DNA of 64,000 nt. It comes from Eledone cirrhosa. Lineage: Eukaryota. Below, piece by piece: positions 51,519 through 64,000 of the stretch. The notes under the pieces were generated by a model that saw nothing but the letters and a program-made list of their open reading frames with translations, was not told the DNA's origin and made no database searches. The stretch covers positions 125,116,001 to 125,180,000 of the forward strand of contig OZ024741.1 in assembly GCA_964016885.1 (NCBI GenBank), in the 5' to 3' direction. Position 1 is the first letter of the stretch; each line of letters starts with the position of its first letter. The position numbers and the translations under genes were made by a program.

Positions 51519-52469
51519 TTCAATGGAATGAATATCATTCAGTTTGGAGAATGGGAGTTCTAGTTGTTCGATCGACAGAATAGTTTGGTAATGTAAGTGG
51601 CCGGGCATTCTACAGACACATGTACGTAATCTTGAGAGAGACTCAGCGTGACACAGCCTGGGATAAAGCTGGCCTATATAAATGACAGGTTTACCAAACA
51701 GTTTCCGTCTACGCAATTATTAATTATTCATCCATACTGCTTCACGTGGCTGATGGTGCGTGGCTTGGTGGTTGCGTGAGGTTGCGAGTTCAATTTTCGG
51801 ACGGGGTGATGCATTGTGTCCTTGGGCAAGTTGCTTTATTTCGCATTCCTCCTTTATTATACTAGGATATTGTCAATCGATCAGAGCGAGCGAGCTTTAT
51901 GACTAGAGTAAAGTAAGAAAAACAAAACAACTGTTTACACTTGTATTATATATTTCATGTAGTAGAGCACCACTCCCATCAACACCACACTCAATTTCCT
52001 TTCTTTTGAAAAAGAAGTCAGATCTTCGAATTATCAAGAGATATAAGGTAAATGTTTAAACTGTTGCTTTGTTTTCTTTTTCTGACTATATTGTACTCTT
52101 ATTTTTCTCTCTTGTATTTCAAATACCACACATCACACAATGTAGCTTATACATCATACTGTTCTATAATAGTTTGTTTTATTTTGCTGTTATGACAATT
52201 AATATGTCATTGAAAGAAAAGAAACTTTTGCTCGATAAAAGAATGTTTTGATAAATATAATCTTCTCACGGAGTGATTTTAATATTGTAATTGGCTTCTT
52301 ATAAGTTTAATGTAGCAAAAAGTGAGTTCCAGATTAATCGATTTGTGTCAACAGATCGATTCCGATTACCACTTGAAATTAATGATCGAGACAAACTATG
52401 AATATTGCTTTATGTTTCTCTCTATCATCTTCTACCTCTTATTTCTCTCACTTTCTCCCTCTCTCACTA

Positions 52470-52546
<77 letters not shown>

Positions 52547-52551
52547 ATATA

Positions 52552-52583
<32 letters not shown>

Positions 52584-52606
52584 ATGTATATATATATATA
52601 TATATA

Positions 52607-52677
<71 letters not shown>

Positions 52678-52682
52678 GTATA

Positions 52683-52754
<72 letters not shown>

Positions 52755-52759
<5 letters not shown>

Positions 52760-53120
52760 ATATTTGGGGAGGGTCATATTTGCGTAATATTGCCAGAATT
52801 AATAACAGAACACACTCACTGTTTGGTTGGTTTTCGCTTCTCGCTGTCTTTTATATCTGCGATCTAACTTACTCGGTCCTCAATGTTGCCATTGACTGAC
52901 CGGCGGTCAAAAACAATACAGATACAATATAGACACAAACACATATATATAGTTTACATAATTTACATAAATCTTTCGTTGCACATCTGCAACATCGTCC
53001 GTGGTGTTATATTCATTGTTCCTCCTGTTGTGTTGTATGTCTACGCCATTTTTTATTCAGTCTGTCTATCTCCCTACTCAAATATAACAATATCTGTTTC
53101 GACACACGATTTCATATAAA
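52755..53120 (-). mobile_element. pLTR-like element related to 61250-61632 and to the end of the 8722-9785 PLE
   Basis: TTTGGGAGGGTCAT terminus is shared with 9765-9780 (inverted); carries a decayed HHR with stem GTTGCA gatg TGCAAC-GAAA. Confidence 0.65.
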
Positions 53121-53687
53121 AAACCTCGCTAAACTAATTCATCGCCGCTATATATATATATATATATATATATAACATGTGCATGTGTGTGTTCGCGTGT
53201 GTATATTTGGATGTTTGTATAAGACGACTCTATGTCTGAAAACCACTTTTATATATATAATATTAGCTATATTTACCAACCATACCCTTCTGTATTTTAA
53301 GGTTTATTCTTATTTTATTATCATCACTATTATTCTATCAATTCCAACACTTTTTGAGCATATTTTTCCTCTAATGTAAGGAAATATGTTTTCTAATAAA
53401 ACATGTCAGATTCATTTAATAAATAAAGGAATTACAACTACCATACACAGAAGGATGGTGAGAGAGATGCATTGAAACAGTCAGTTGATCTTATGGGGAT
53501 AATTCTTGCAGCTGGTCCTCTCCATACCGATCCTATTGAGTAGGGAGATGGTTCAAGAAACTAGGCAAGCTGTTAGATGTTTCAAACGGTGCTTATTCAT
53601 CAAGGATTCTACTGGGAAGATATCTGATTATCATGCGAGTGCGGAGGTGAAACTCCAGAGTAACAAGGCTCAACACTTGGACATATT

Positions 53688-53930
<243 letters not shown>

Positions 53931-54092
53931 CCTTAAGCGATACTCCGACCAACTCCATCTCACTCAACAAACATTAAGATATACTTAAGTATTATCCCAA
54001 TTTAGTGTTTGGTGTGCTAACTAATCAGCATTTCGTGGATAGTTGGTTGTATTATTTTATATGAGACATTATTAAATAAATATCTCATTTCT

Positions 54093-54216
54093 TCCAGACG
54101 GCCGTTTCGTTATAAGATTCCTACAATTTGGGATAAATAATTTCCAGGTTATGTAGAAACTTGTATATAATCCATAGTTTTATACACAAGCGGTCTCTTA
54201 TAAACTCATCAGTGGA
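54093..54216 (-). ncRNA. Type I hammerhead ribozyme with a large branched stem II
   Basis: TCCA-CTGATGA-GTTTATAAGA..(~80 nt)..TCTTATAAC-GAAA-CGGCCG-TC-TGGA; canonical GUC site. Confidence 0.8.
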
Positions 54217-54682
54217 TACACAATTAATAACGATATAAGAATTATATCGACATTAACAGAATGGTGATGGTCTCCCTCAGCGCTAAGAAGAGATTGGTAG
54301 ATTAGAATCCAGCAGTTCTCCCAAAGAAAAAATACACGCTGTCCCCAAAAGGGTAAAGGGAGGTCATCTTAAAATAAAACAATATACACGTTGGTCAATT
54401 AAACCGTGTATTAAACTCAATTGGAAATTTAAAAGAATAACCACATGTATACACAACCAATGCACACACAGAGATATTAAAACATAATAAATATATGTAT
54501 GGATCACCTATATATATACATAGCTATTCTCTAAGGCTAAATCAGACATGGGATACAAGGAAGATCAATCAGTATTTCATATTTAAAAAAATAATAATAA
54601 AGAGAGTCATACCTTATATCTGGAATATATATATATGGCCTGGCTGTATATACACCCAGGCCATATCGAACTTAATAGCAAC

Positions 54683-54716
<34 letters not shown>

Positions 54717-54786
54717 TTGTATTCTGGGTTCATTCGGGGATAACCACAGTAAGTAAGGTACTTAATACACACCAGAGTATAAATGT

Positions 54787-54890
54787 TTAATATAGAAATG
54801 GCTTCTACAGGACTAGAGCTGTTTCATTCGAAGGAAATCATCCTTCGAATGAAACGGTTCTAGTCCTGCAGAAGCCATTTCTATATTCAA
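54787..54890. repeat. Palindrome with ~45-bp arms
   Basis: AATATAGAAATGGCTTCT..CATTCGAAGGA / TCCTTCGAATG..AGAAGCCATTTCTATATT. Confidence 0.85.
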
Positions 54891-55154
54891 TATTTATATA
54901 CGTAGACCAGGAATTGTACTTTGAAGCGTTGAGTATATAGAATTAATGTAAAGACAGATGTACTCATGCCCAAAGATGGTATAAAATAGCTAATGAAATA
55001 GAGTGAAGACACCGGTATCTCAGAGATATGAGGTTCAATCCCTTATAGCGGCCAATTAATACTTCTATTTCCGTCTTTTAAGGGTCTTCACTACATTTCA
55101 TAAGGTATTTTATAGCAACCCTGCACATGAGAACATCATCCTTTACGTTAATTA

Positions 55155-55202
<48 letters not shown>

Positions 55203-55248
55203 GAAATGACAGGAGGCTGGATTTGTGTAAATCCTTGAAAGGTTTATT

Positions 55249-55306
55249 ATACTATGATCATTTCAATGACCGGGTTCCGTATGAATCCGGTGATATCATC
55301 AGGTAT
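55249..55306 (-). ncRNA. Type I hammerhead ribozyme
   Basis: Inverse of 56168-56225 with one substitution. Confidence 0.75.
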
Positions 55307-55513
55307 TCGAAATATAATACGTGAATGTAATAGGTAAAATCCATGGGGCTGAAAATCGAGACCCGAGGGCGACCGCTATTCTGTTCCTTCAACCTCAGCC
55401 GGTCGCCCTGGAGTGACGTGGCTAAATTTTATAGTATGCTACTACCGGTCAGATGAACGAAAATAGAAAGGGATGGGAGCATAAGTTAACGTCGATCCCA
55501 TGACACAAGGTAA

Positions 55514-55544
<31 letters not shown>

Positions 55545-56167
55545 GAAGGAGAGAGAAGAAGGGGGAAGAAAGAAGAAGAGAAGCCAGGGTTAATGTCAGC
55601 TAAAAGAGGAAGGCAACTACTACTGGTCAGATATAGGCAAGCAAGAGGGGGAAGGAAGATAAGTCTGCGGGGGGAAGACAGGAGGAGGGGAGAAGAGAAG
55701 GAAGGGAAGAGAGAAGTAGAAAAGTATGGGTTGATGGCTACAAGAAGGAAGATAGAAAGAAAGAGGAAGAAAGGTCGATATTAATGTCAGACCACAGTCA
55801 AGCCAGGAGTGGCGCGAGAAAATGTTCACAGGGACCCGCATCTTAGCAGAGGTGAATATATTGGGAGTCAGTGTGTTACAGTGTTTAGACTTTTAGGATG
55901 AAGTTAAAAAAATTAATAATCAATATTCAATATTAAAGAGGTTAGAAAATTTAAAGTTCAACAGTTTAACATTTAATTATATAATAGTTCCGATTTGTTC
56001 TGTAATTTAAAGGTACTATGTGGCGGTTAAAACACCGGCCGCGCCCCGGGCCCCATGGCGAACTAAGCCACGCCGAGTATTTTCATTTACTGAAAGAAGG
56101 GGAAATTTATTTTTCCAAGCACTCCAGGTGAGCTCGTTACCTATTACATTCACGTATTATATTTCGA

Positions 56168-56225
56168 ATACCTGATGATATCACCGGATTCATACGGAAC
56201 CCGGTCGTTGAAATGATCATAGTAT
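56168..56225 (+). ncRNA. Type I hammerhead ribozyme
   Basis: ATAC-CTGATGA-(..ACCGG..CCGGT..)-GAAA-TGATCA-TA-GTAT; palindromic stem III. Confidence 0.78.
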
Positions 56226-56416
56226 AATAAACCTTTCAAGGATTTACACAAATCCAGCCTCCTGTCATTTCATTATAATATTTAACTCCGTAATAGCACC
56301 ACCAACTACAAAAACAAAGACGGTTGAACTGCTTTACGTTGAGTACTCTCTATATTATTGCATTACGATTGACCATACGGAATAGACCAGCTCTATACAA
56401 TGGTGAACCTCAAACC

Positions 56417-56488
<72 letters not shown>

Positions 56489-56549
56489 CATACAAACATA
56501 TATATATATATATAATATAAGATCAAAAGATGGTTAAAAGAGTTCCAAG

Positions 56550-56621
56550 TATTTTAATTATGCGCATTTCAAAAACAAATATCATCATGGGATGATATCT
56601 GCGTTCTCATCAGATAAAATA
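56550..56621 (-). ncRNA. Type I hammerhead ribozyme
   Basis: TATTTTAT-CTGATGA-(..AGATATCATC ccat GATGATATTT..)-GAAA-TGCGCA-TA-ATTAAAATA. Confidence 0.72.
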
Positions 56622-56674
56622 GGGATACATGATATGAAGCTTAAAAAACGCTTGTGAATAGTGAAGTTTTAAAT

Positions 56675-56769
<95 letters not shown>

Positions 56770-56773
<4 letters not shown>

Positions 56774-57127
56774 GGGGCGACACAGAAGAGTGTGTTTTTC
56801 TTTACAGGAATTTACTGCCTCGCGCACACATTTCCCTCATATCTATACGTGCGACAGGTAGTTTACTTTAGTTCTCTCTAGTAGTGCGGACAATATCGGC
56901 CTTCCACATACTGATGACCCACAGGGCCGTATTGGAACCCACTTAAATGGCGAAACATTCTCCTGGCGAGTGTGTCCATGAGTGTGTACATGAGGTTGGT
57001 TTCTCATTTTAATTTATACTTTTAATTTTAATGTTTTTCCTATTCCTCTATTAGCTTATATTCTCTTCACGCTGGTGGTTTGAAATTCCTGTAAAGAAAA
57101 ACACACCTTCTATGTCTTTCCCCTCTG
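56770..57127 (+). mobile_element. Short element with ~45-bp inverted ends and an internal HHR
   Basis: GTGTTTTTCTTTACAGGAATTT / AAATTCCTGTAAAGAAAAACAC. Confidence 0.7.
56907..56980 (+). ncRNA. Type I hammerhead ribozyme with full stem III
   Basis: CATA-CTGATGA-(cCCA..TGGc)-GAAA-CATTCTC ctggc GAGTGTG-TC-CATG; stem I is imperfect. Confidence 0.65.
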
Positions 57128-57143
57128 TATATTGTATTTATAT

Positions 57144-57186
<43 letters not shown>

Positions 57187-57331
57187 TTGAGTTTGTGTTC
57201 GTTGCTTACCGACACTTCAGCATGAAGGTTAGAGCACTCAACGAAGTGTGCAGGTGGGTCTGATTACTCCGGAGTTATTTAATAAAAGAAGTTTAAGTCA
57301 ACAGGTTTAAATTAACGTTTATTCAAATTCG

Positions 57332-57388
57332 CTGCAATATATATTTCGGTGATAACCATTATTCAGCAGCTATGTCCTCATCAGGCAG
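57332..57388 (-). ncRNA. Type I hammerhead ribozyme
   Basis: CTGC-CTGATGA-GG..ATAGCT..GGTTAT..CC-GAAA-TATATA-TT-GCAG. Confidence 0.78.
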
Positions 57389-57393
57389 ATAGA

Positions 57394-57610
57394 ACTTGAA
57401 CAGAAAAAACAAGGAAACATATTGGTGGAATAAAGTTTACCCTGTTAATTCGTTGACATGCCCAGATCCGGAAAGTAGTGTTGTTAATCCAAAGCACTGT
57501 TGACAGTGCTTTGGATTAATAACACTACTTTCGGATCTGGGCATGTCAACGAATTAACAGGGTAAACTTTATACCACCATTAAATTTGCCCTGTTTTTTT
57601 CTGTTCAAGA
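57394..57610. repeat. Palindrome with ~105-bp arms directly 5' of the minus-strand HHR
   Basis: Centre CCAAAGCACTGT-TG-ACAGTGCTTTGG at ~57501. Confidence 0.9.
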
Positions 57611-57617
57611 TATATAC

Positions 57618-57695
<78 letters not shown>

Positions 57696-57815
57696 CTATT
57701 ACAAGGAGTTCAGCCGTCGGAAAATAACTCTTAACAATACCTACATTTTAATTTCATAATAATCTAGTATTTAGCTGAACAATGGTCTTACTAGTCTAAA
57801 CTGGTAACTCCCAAT

Positions 57816-57928
<113 letters not shown>

Positions 57929-58209
57929 CTGCCTATGTGTGTGTGCCTTTATATTCAGTGATTTGTAATATATGGACTCAAAAAGTAAAGTAACATAAGA
58001 AAAATATCTACACATGTGCCATTATTTTTTTTTTATTTCAATAAAATAAATGATATATGACAATACATTATACATAGAAAGACATTTTGATCCGAACCAA
58101 GAATTCTGAGAGACCATCTGCGAATTCTGAATAGCAAAAAGATCATCAAGATAAATTATAGACTAATAATGCACAAAACTTTCAATCAAATATATATATA
58201 TACACACAG

Positions 58210-58296
<87 letters not shown>

Positions 58297-58341
58297 TGCG
58301 TGTGTGTGTGCATGTATGTATATATATATATATATTATATA

Positions 58342-58389
<48 letters not shown>

Positions 58390-58390
58390 G

Positions 58391-58470
<80 letters not shown>

Positions 58471-58483
58471 TGTATGTATGTAA

Positions 58484-58527
<44 letters not shown>

Positions 58528-58545
58528 ATATATGTATGTATGTAA

Positions 58546-58594
<49 letters not shown>

Positions 58595-58892
58595 GACTAT
58601 AATTCTATAGTCTATATATTGTGTATCTCAAAATATGATGAATTGCTATATAAGGCTGGACAGATCATGAGTGGTGAATACAGTCTCACAACAATAACAT
58701 AATTTATGGCAGCCTTCCAATAATGGTCAGGTCTGTGACATGTGACATTTATTGTTAACTTGACAAATTCCTTGACACTCTATTCTATTACATTTGATTA
58801 CTAATTGGTCATATATACTTTTTCAAATCCCGTCGAGGTTAACTTTCTTAACAGTTTTGCTTTCACCGCCTCTCAGTCCCTATTCCGCTCTC

Positions 58893-58955
<63 letters not shown>

Positions 58956-59745
58956 TTCTCTCTCTCTCTCACTCTCTCTCTTTCTCTCACTCTCTCTCTC
59001 ACTCTCTCTCTCTCTTTCTTTCTCTCTCCCTGTTTCCCTAACTCAAGAAAATATATACACGCACACGCCTCACATACATACAAAAAGTATGTTGGAGTGG
59101 GTAAAAAGATTGCTTTGCAATCATTACGTGCCAAGTTTCGATCCTACTGCTTAGCATCTTGGTTAAGTATGATTTACCATACTTAATAGTGACCCAAACA
59201 TTATGTGTGAAATTGGATAGACGGATGTACTATACCTGTAATTCAATGAACCACACGTGTTAAACATGTCTGTCATGAGAATTATGTTAAGCGTAAATGT
59301 GTCAGTGGAACGCTCAGTAGCATACTCGTTGATTTCACGAGAGCCCGTTCTGATTATTCAACTACTGGAAAATTCATCGTTGAAACAGATTGAAGTCCAT
59401 TGGATTAAGTTTCATTTTACTTTAAACGTATGGAACGGAAACATTAGGATATGCATCATTATATGTTGTGCAATATTGTTTAGATGTCACAGAGCTACGT
59501 TTTATTGGTTGGTGCTATAATGTAGCTATGCCATATATTTCTTTAATAGAAAATATATGGACACCATTGTGCCGCTTTCTTTTCTTTGATCGAAGCACAT
59601 TTTGACATTTCGTTCACATATTTTTCCCTCATAGGTGACGTTATTTTCAACAAGTCACATGTTTCATTTTTGCTTTATATGCACACGTACACACACACAC
59701 ATACACACACACGCATACATACATACCCACACATACTCACACAAA

Positions 59746-59822
<77 letters not shown>

Positions 59823-59880
59823 AATCTCTCCTGACTCCTTGCCTGTTTTACTTAATACAATATTTTATACAATATATATG

Positions 59881-59922
<42 letters not shown>

Positions 59923-60029
59923 CATATTGGGGGTGTATATGAAAACGTATACTATATGTTTATGTGCAATAAACATATTGGTAACCTGGCTATCGAACAC
60001 AAATATATTTCGTATCAACGCACACACAT

Positions 60030-60069
<40 letters not shown>

Positions 60070-60088
60070 ACATACACACACACACACA

Positions 60089-60548
<460 letters not shown>

Positions 60549-60564
60549 AATATATATATATATA

Positions 60565-61060
60565 CATGTGACATAGTCACTACTTTAAAACTGAACGCCA
60601 ACCAGCGTCAGCTTCTCCCCCTTCTTTCGCCGAAAAGAAGTAAGTGACATGGTCACTGCTTTAAAACTGATAGCGTATGGTCCTCTAAATATTTGTTTAT
60701 TAAACATACGGCATATTGCCAAATATACTATACATACATTCATGTATACATCGCTATTTCAGAGCACCAATCCTAATACCTAATTTTTACTGGACCGACA
60801 ATCGCTCTGTATAATCAGCTCCTGATCATTACTGGAATTCTATAAGAATCCAGCTTCTATAATTTTCGGCAGAAGCGGGGGAGTGCATGGCTCTGATGAA
60901 CGCCAACCAGTGTGAAACAGGCTGTCAGCTTCTCTCCCTTCCTTCGCTGAAAAGAAGTAAGTGACATAGTCACTACTTTAAAACTGATAGCGTATGGTCT
61001 TCTAAATGTTTTTAATTAAACATACGGTATATTGCCAAATATATTATACATACATTCATA
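60565..61060 (+). mobile_element. Partial tandem of a ~317-nt HHR-bearing monomer
   Basis: ~60590-60742 repeats at ~60898-61058 (GTGACAT at 60644 and 60961); inverted copy at 61985-62135; 3' stub at 23305-23380. Confidence 0.82.
60889..60930 (+). ncRNA. Minimal type I hammerhead ribozyme
   Basis: GGCT-CTGATGA-ACGC caacca GTGT-GAAA-CAGGCTG-TC-AGCT; GUC site. Confidence 0.85.
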
Positions 61061-61404
61061 TATATCTATATATACAAATATTTCTAATTTTACAGTTTAC
61101 CTTGGGGGTTCATTTTACATATAACACATTTCATACTTAGAAACACTGACTTAAGGGAAATATAAATAAATAAATATATAAAGATATACACAAGTACAAT
61201 AACAAGAAACACTTATAAACACACACTAGTGAACAAAGATAGAATACGAAAACAAAAACAAAATCACTCAAACGCGAACACACACACACCAAACATTATA
61301 CACACACGCAAACGCATTCGCAGAGACAGAGACAAGAATAATTAAATAGATAAATAAAAATAAAAATGGCGTAGACATACAATACATTAGCAGAAACATA
61401 ATAG

Positions 61405-61448
61405 TACCACTGATGATGTTGCAGATGTGCAACGAAAGAACATTGATA
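61405..61448 (+). ncRNA. Partly degenerate minimal hammerhead
   Basis: TACCA-CTGATGA-t-GTTGCA gatg TGCAAC-GAAA-GAAC-AT-TGATA; U16.1 is mutated. Confidence 0.55.
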
Positions 61449-61711
61449 GACTATATATATATATATATTCATATCTGTATTTTTAACTCTGGTCAATCAT
61501 GATAAACATTGATTGCCAAATAAATTAACTATGGAGATATAAAAGCTACAGATGCGAAAACCAATCAACAGTGAGTGTGTTCTGTTATTATTTCTGGCAA
61601 TATTACAACAATATGACACTCCCAAAGTATAAGAATATATACAAATATATATTTATGAGTTTATATACCATAAACGTATTGGTAACCACGCTTGGCAACA
61701 ATGGAGCAAGC

Positions 61712-61754
61712 TTTTCTGATGACGGCTAAACATCCAGAAACACTACTGTCAGAA
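61712..61754 (+). ncRNA. Type I hammerhead ribozyme
   Basis: TTTT-CTGATGA-cGG ctaaacat CCa-GAAA-CA ctac TG-TC-AGAA; weak stem II. Confidence 0.65.
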
Positions 61755-61894
61755 TGGTCTCTCTTTGTTTCTAAGAATAGCAGTGACATGATGACAGCAT
61801 ATTGAAAAATAAAATGATACTTATAAATAACTACTTCATATCTGCTCCAATCTAGAACTACTGTTACGTTTCATGCTATATCAGACCATTACTG

Positions 61895-61985
<91 letters not shown>

Positions 61986-62159
61986 TTAATTAAAAATATT
62001 TAGAACACCATACGCCATCAGTTTTAAAGCAGTGACTATGTCACTTACTTCTTTTTAGCGAAAGAAGGGGGAGAAGCTGACAGTCTGCTTTACGGTGGTT
62101 GGTGTTCAGTTTTAAAGTCATGTATGTCACATGTATATATATATATATTTGTATATATA

Positions 62160-64000
62160 TACATCATGTCTGCCATCAAGTCCTTCCCAGCTAGCAGCAG
62201 CGGAGGTGCCGAAGGTCTCCGACCTGGCCACCTCAGCAGTTGCTATCCCCCTCTCCGTTGAGGCCGGGCGCCACCTTCTGAATGCAATTGTGACACTCAC
62301 CAATAGGCTTATCCATGGCGCCCTGGACCCTCACGCTCGAGGGCTCTTTTTTCGGCTAGCCTGACCGCTCTCAGGAAGAAAGAGGGTGGCATACGCCCCA
62401 CCACTGTGGGCAATGTCTTCCGGAGGCTGGCTGCTAAGGTGGTCTGCAGGTCCATAACACCTGAACTGAGTAAGGAGTTCAGTCCGATAAAACTGGGTGT
62501 CAGCGTGTCCGGTGGCTGTGAGGAGGCCGCACATGCAACCAAGCAATTCCTCAACAGCTGCCCACGGGAATCGGGACTCCAGACACCTCATTGGACTCCA
62601 GGCACCTCATTGTCAAGCTTGACATGAGGAATGCCTTTAACTGATTATGCCGGGACCATCTGCTCGATGCCTGCCTCAGCCGAGCCCCCTCTGCCTACCC
62701 GCTGGTCTACCTGTCATATGGAGCCCCGAGCATGTTCCGTGCTGCTGATACGGTCATACCTTCTGTCACTGGGATCCAACAAGGTGACCCTTTGTACCCC
62801 CTCCTGTTTGCCCTTGGTATAGACCACATTGCCCGCAGTATCACAGCCCCTCTCAACGTTTGGTATCTGGATTATCGAACGTTGGGTGGGCCTGTAGAGA
62901 CTGTCTGCCATGACCTACAATCGGGGGTTCCTGCTCTGGAGGGAATCGGCCTCCAGGTCAACTTGTCCAAGTCGGAGGTGGTGAATATCAGCCACGATGC
63001 TGAGAGCTTTGCAGCCTCCGTCTCGGACGTGCTGTCCATTTTCCACCAGGTACAGGTAACCCCAAAGAGGATGTCCTCATCCTCTGGTCACCAATCCACC
63101 CACCGGCCATCCGCTCCACCATCATTTCCAGGCTTCAACCACTCCAGACCCCCACGAGCCGACTGAGCTTGATTGACGGCCACCCAGCTCTTTCCTGTTA
63201 AAGAACTGCTTCGTTATGCCGAAGCTCCTCTATACCCTTCGCAGCGCTCCGTGCTACACCCATGCATCTCTCCGAGCGGTAGCCGAGGAGATATGTAACG
63301 TCAGGTTTGACGACATTGGATGGCAACAGGTCACTCTGCCTATCAGATTTGGCGGCCTTGGCCTCCGACCCCGATGTCCCTGGCTTTACCGGCGTTTCTT
63401 TCTTCAGTAACCTCATGCCGCGTCCTCGTCAGCAGGGTTCTCCAAAACACAATTGAACCCTATGTGATCAATCAGGAAATCTGAGGCCGCCTGTAAGACA
63501 TGGAACTGGCTGGGACTTAGCCCAATAGACGTCCCTCCTCCATCTCCCCCTGCTGACGTCAAGTCCCCCCAAAGCATTTGGGATGTCATCCAGTGCAGCC
63601 TGTCCTCAGACTGGCTCACGCGCCAGCTCGACCAGCACCGCCTTGCCTTTTTTCAGCGGCCTCCAAACTCCACAGTGGTGCCTGGTTCCATGCCTTGCCC
63701 TCCTTCTCCACTGGCACGCAGCTGGATAACGATAGCCTGCGCATCGGCGTTTCCATGAGGTTTCGCCTCCGGATCTACGAGCCACACAAATGTTGCTGTG
63801 GATCCACAGTCGACTCTTTCGGCCTCCACCCGCTTTCCTGTCACCACAGTGCCGGCCGCCTTCCACGACCTGCTGCCCTCAACGAAGTCATAAATCATGG
63901 CTTGCACGTTGCAAGCTTCCCTTCCCAACTCGAGCCAGTGGGGCTGGACCGAGTGGACCACAAAAGACCAGACGGCATGATCATCTTCCCGTTCCGCGGT
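62160..64000 (+). mobile_element. CRE-clade-like non-LTR retrotransposon (RT + zinc finger + RLE), pseudogenised, runs off the window
   Basis: RPTTVGNVFRRLAAK, LGVSVSGGCE, KLDMRNAF, GIQQGDPLYPLLF, WYLD, LPIRFGGLGLR, SGAWF.ALP, CCCG..D..GLH.LSC, KRPDG; begins next to TA repeats. Confidence 0.85.

Larger units (their letters stand above)
55198..56420. mobile_element. 1.2-kb non-coding element with ~140-bp inverted HHR-bearing arms, between (TA)n tracts
   Basis: 55198-55338 is the reverse complement of 56137-56276. Confidence 0.82.

Noticed and set aside
51865-52052. Possible host exon (AG..AAG/GTAAAT)
   Set aside because: No convincing reading frame or homology; splice-like motifs alone are insufficient.

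Overview
Eukaryotic, AT- and microsatellite-rich DNA with no recognisable host protein-coding gene. The SINE families and the density of (TA)n/(GT)n/(AAT)n/(GAT)n suggest a cephalopod (octopus-type) genome; this is an inference. Most long ORFs in the track are microsatellite read-through. The real coding remnants are decayed retroelements: Tx1/L1-clade LINEs in (AAT)n (two near full-length, head-to-tail), an R4/Dong-type RLE LINE, a CRE-type RLE LINE, RTE fragments, three Penelope-like elements (PLEs) and a hAT-like relic/MITE. The most striking signal is absent from the ORF track. I read about 20 type I hammerhead ribozyme (HHR) motifs by eye (stem I - CUGANGA - stem II - GAAA - often palindromic stem III - UH - stem I'). 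They belong to a dozen or more unrelated short non-coding elements that sit between (TA)n/(CA)n tracts, often as fold-backs or circularly permuted partial tandems. This looks like a diverse population of microsatellite-associated retrozyme-like or non-autonomous PLE elements. Separately, the main tRNA-SINE shares its 3' terminus and (ATT)n target with the Tx1 LINE. All structures were read manually, so boundaries are approximate and ribozyme activity is untested.
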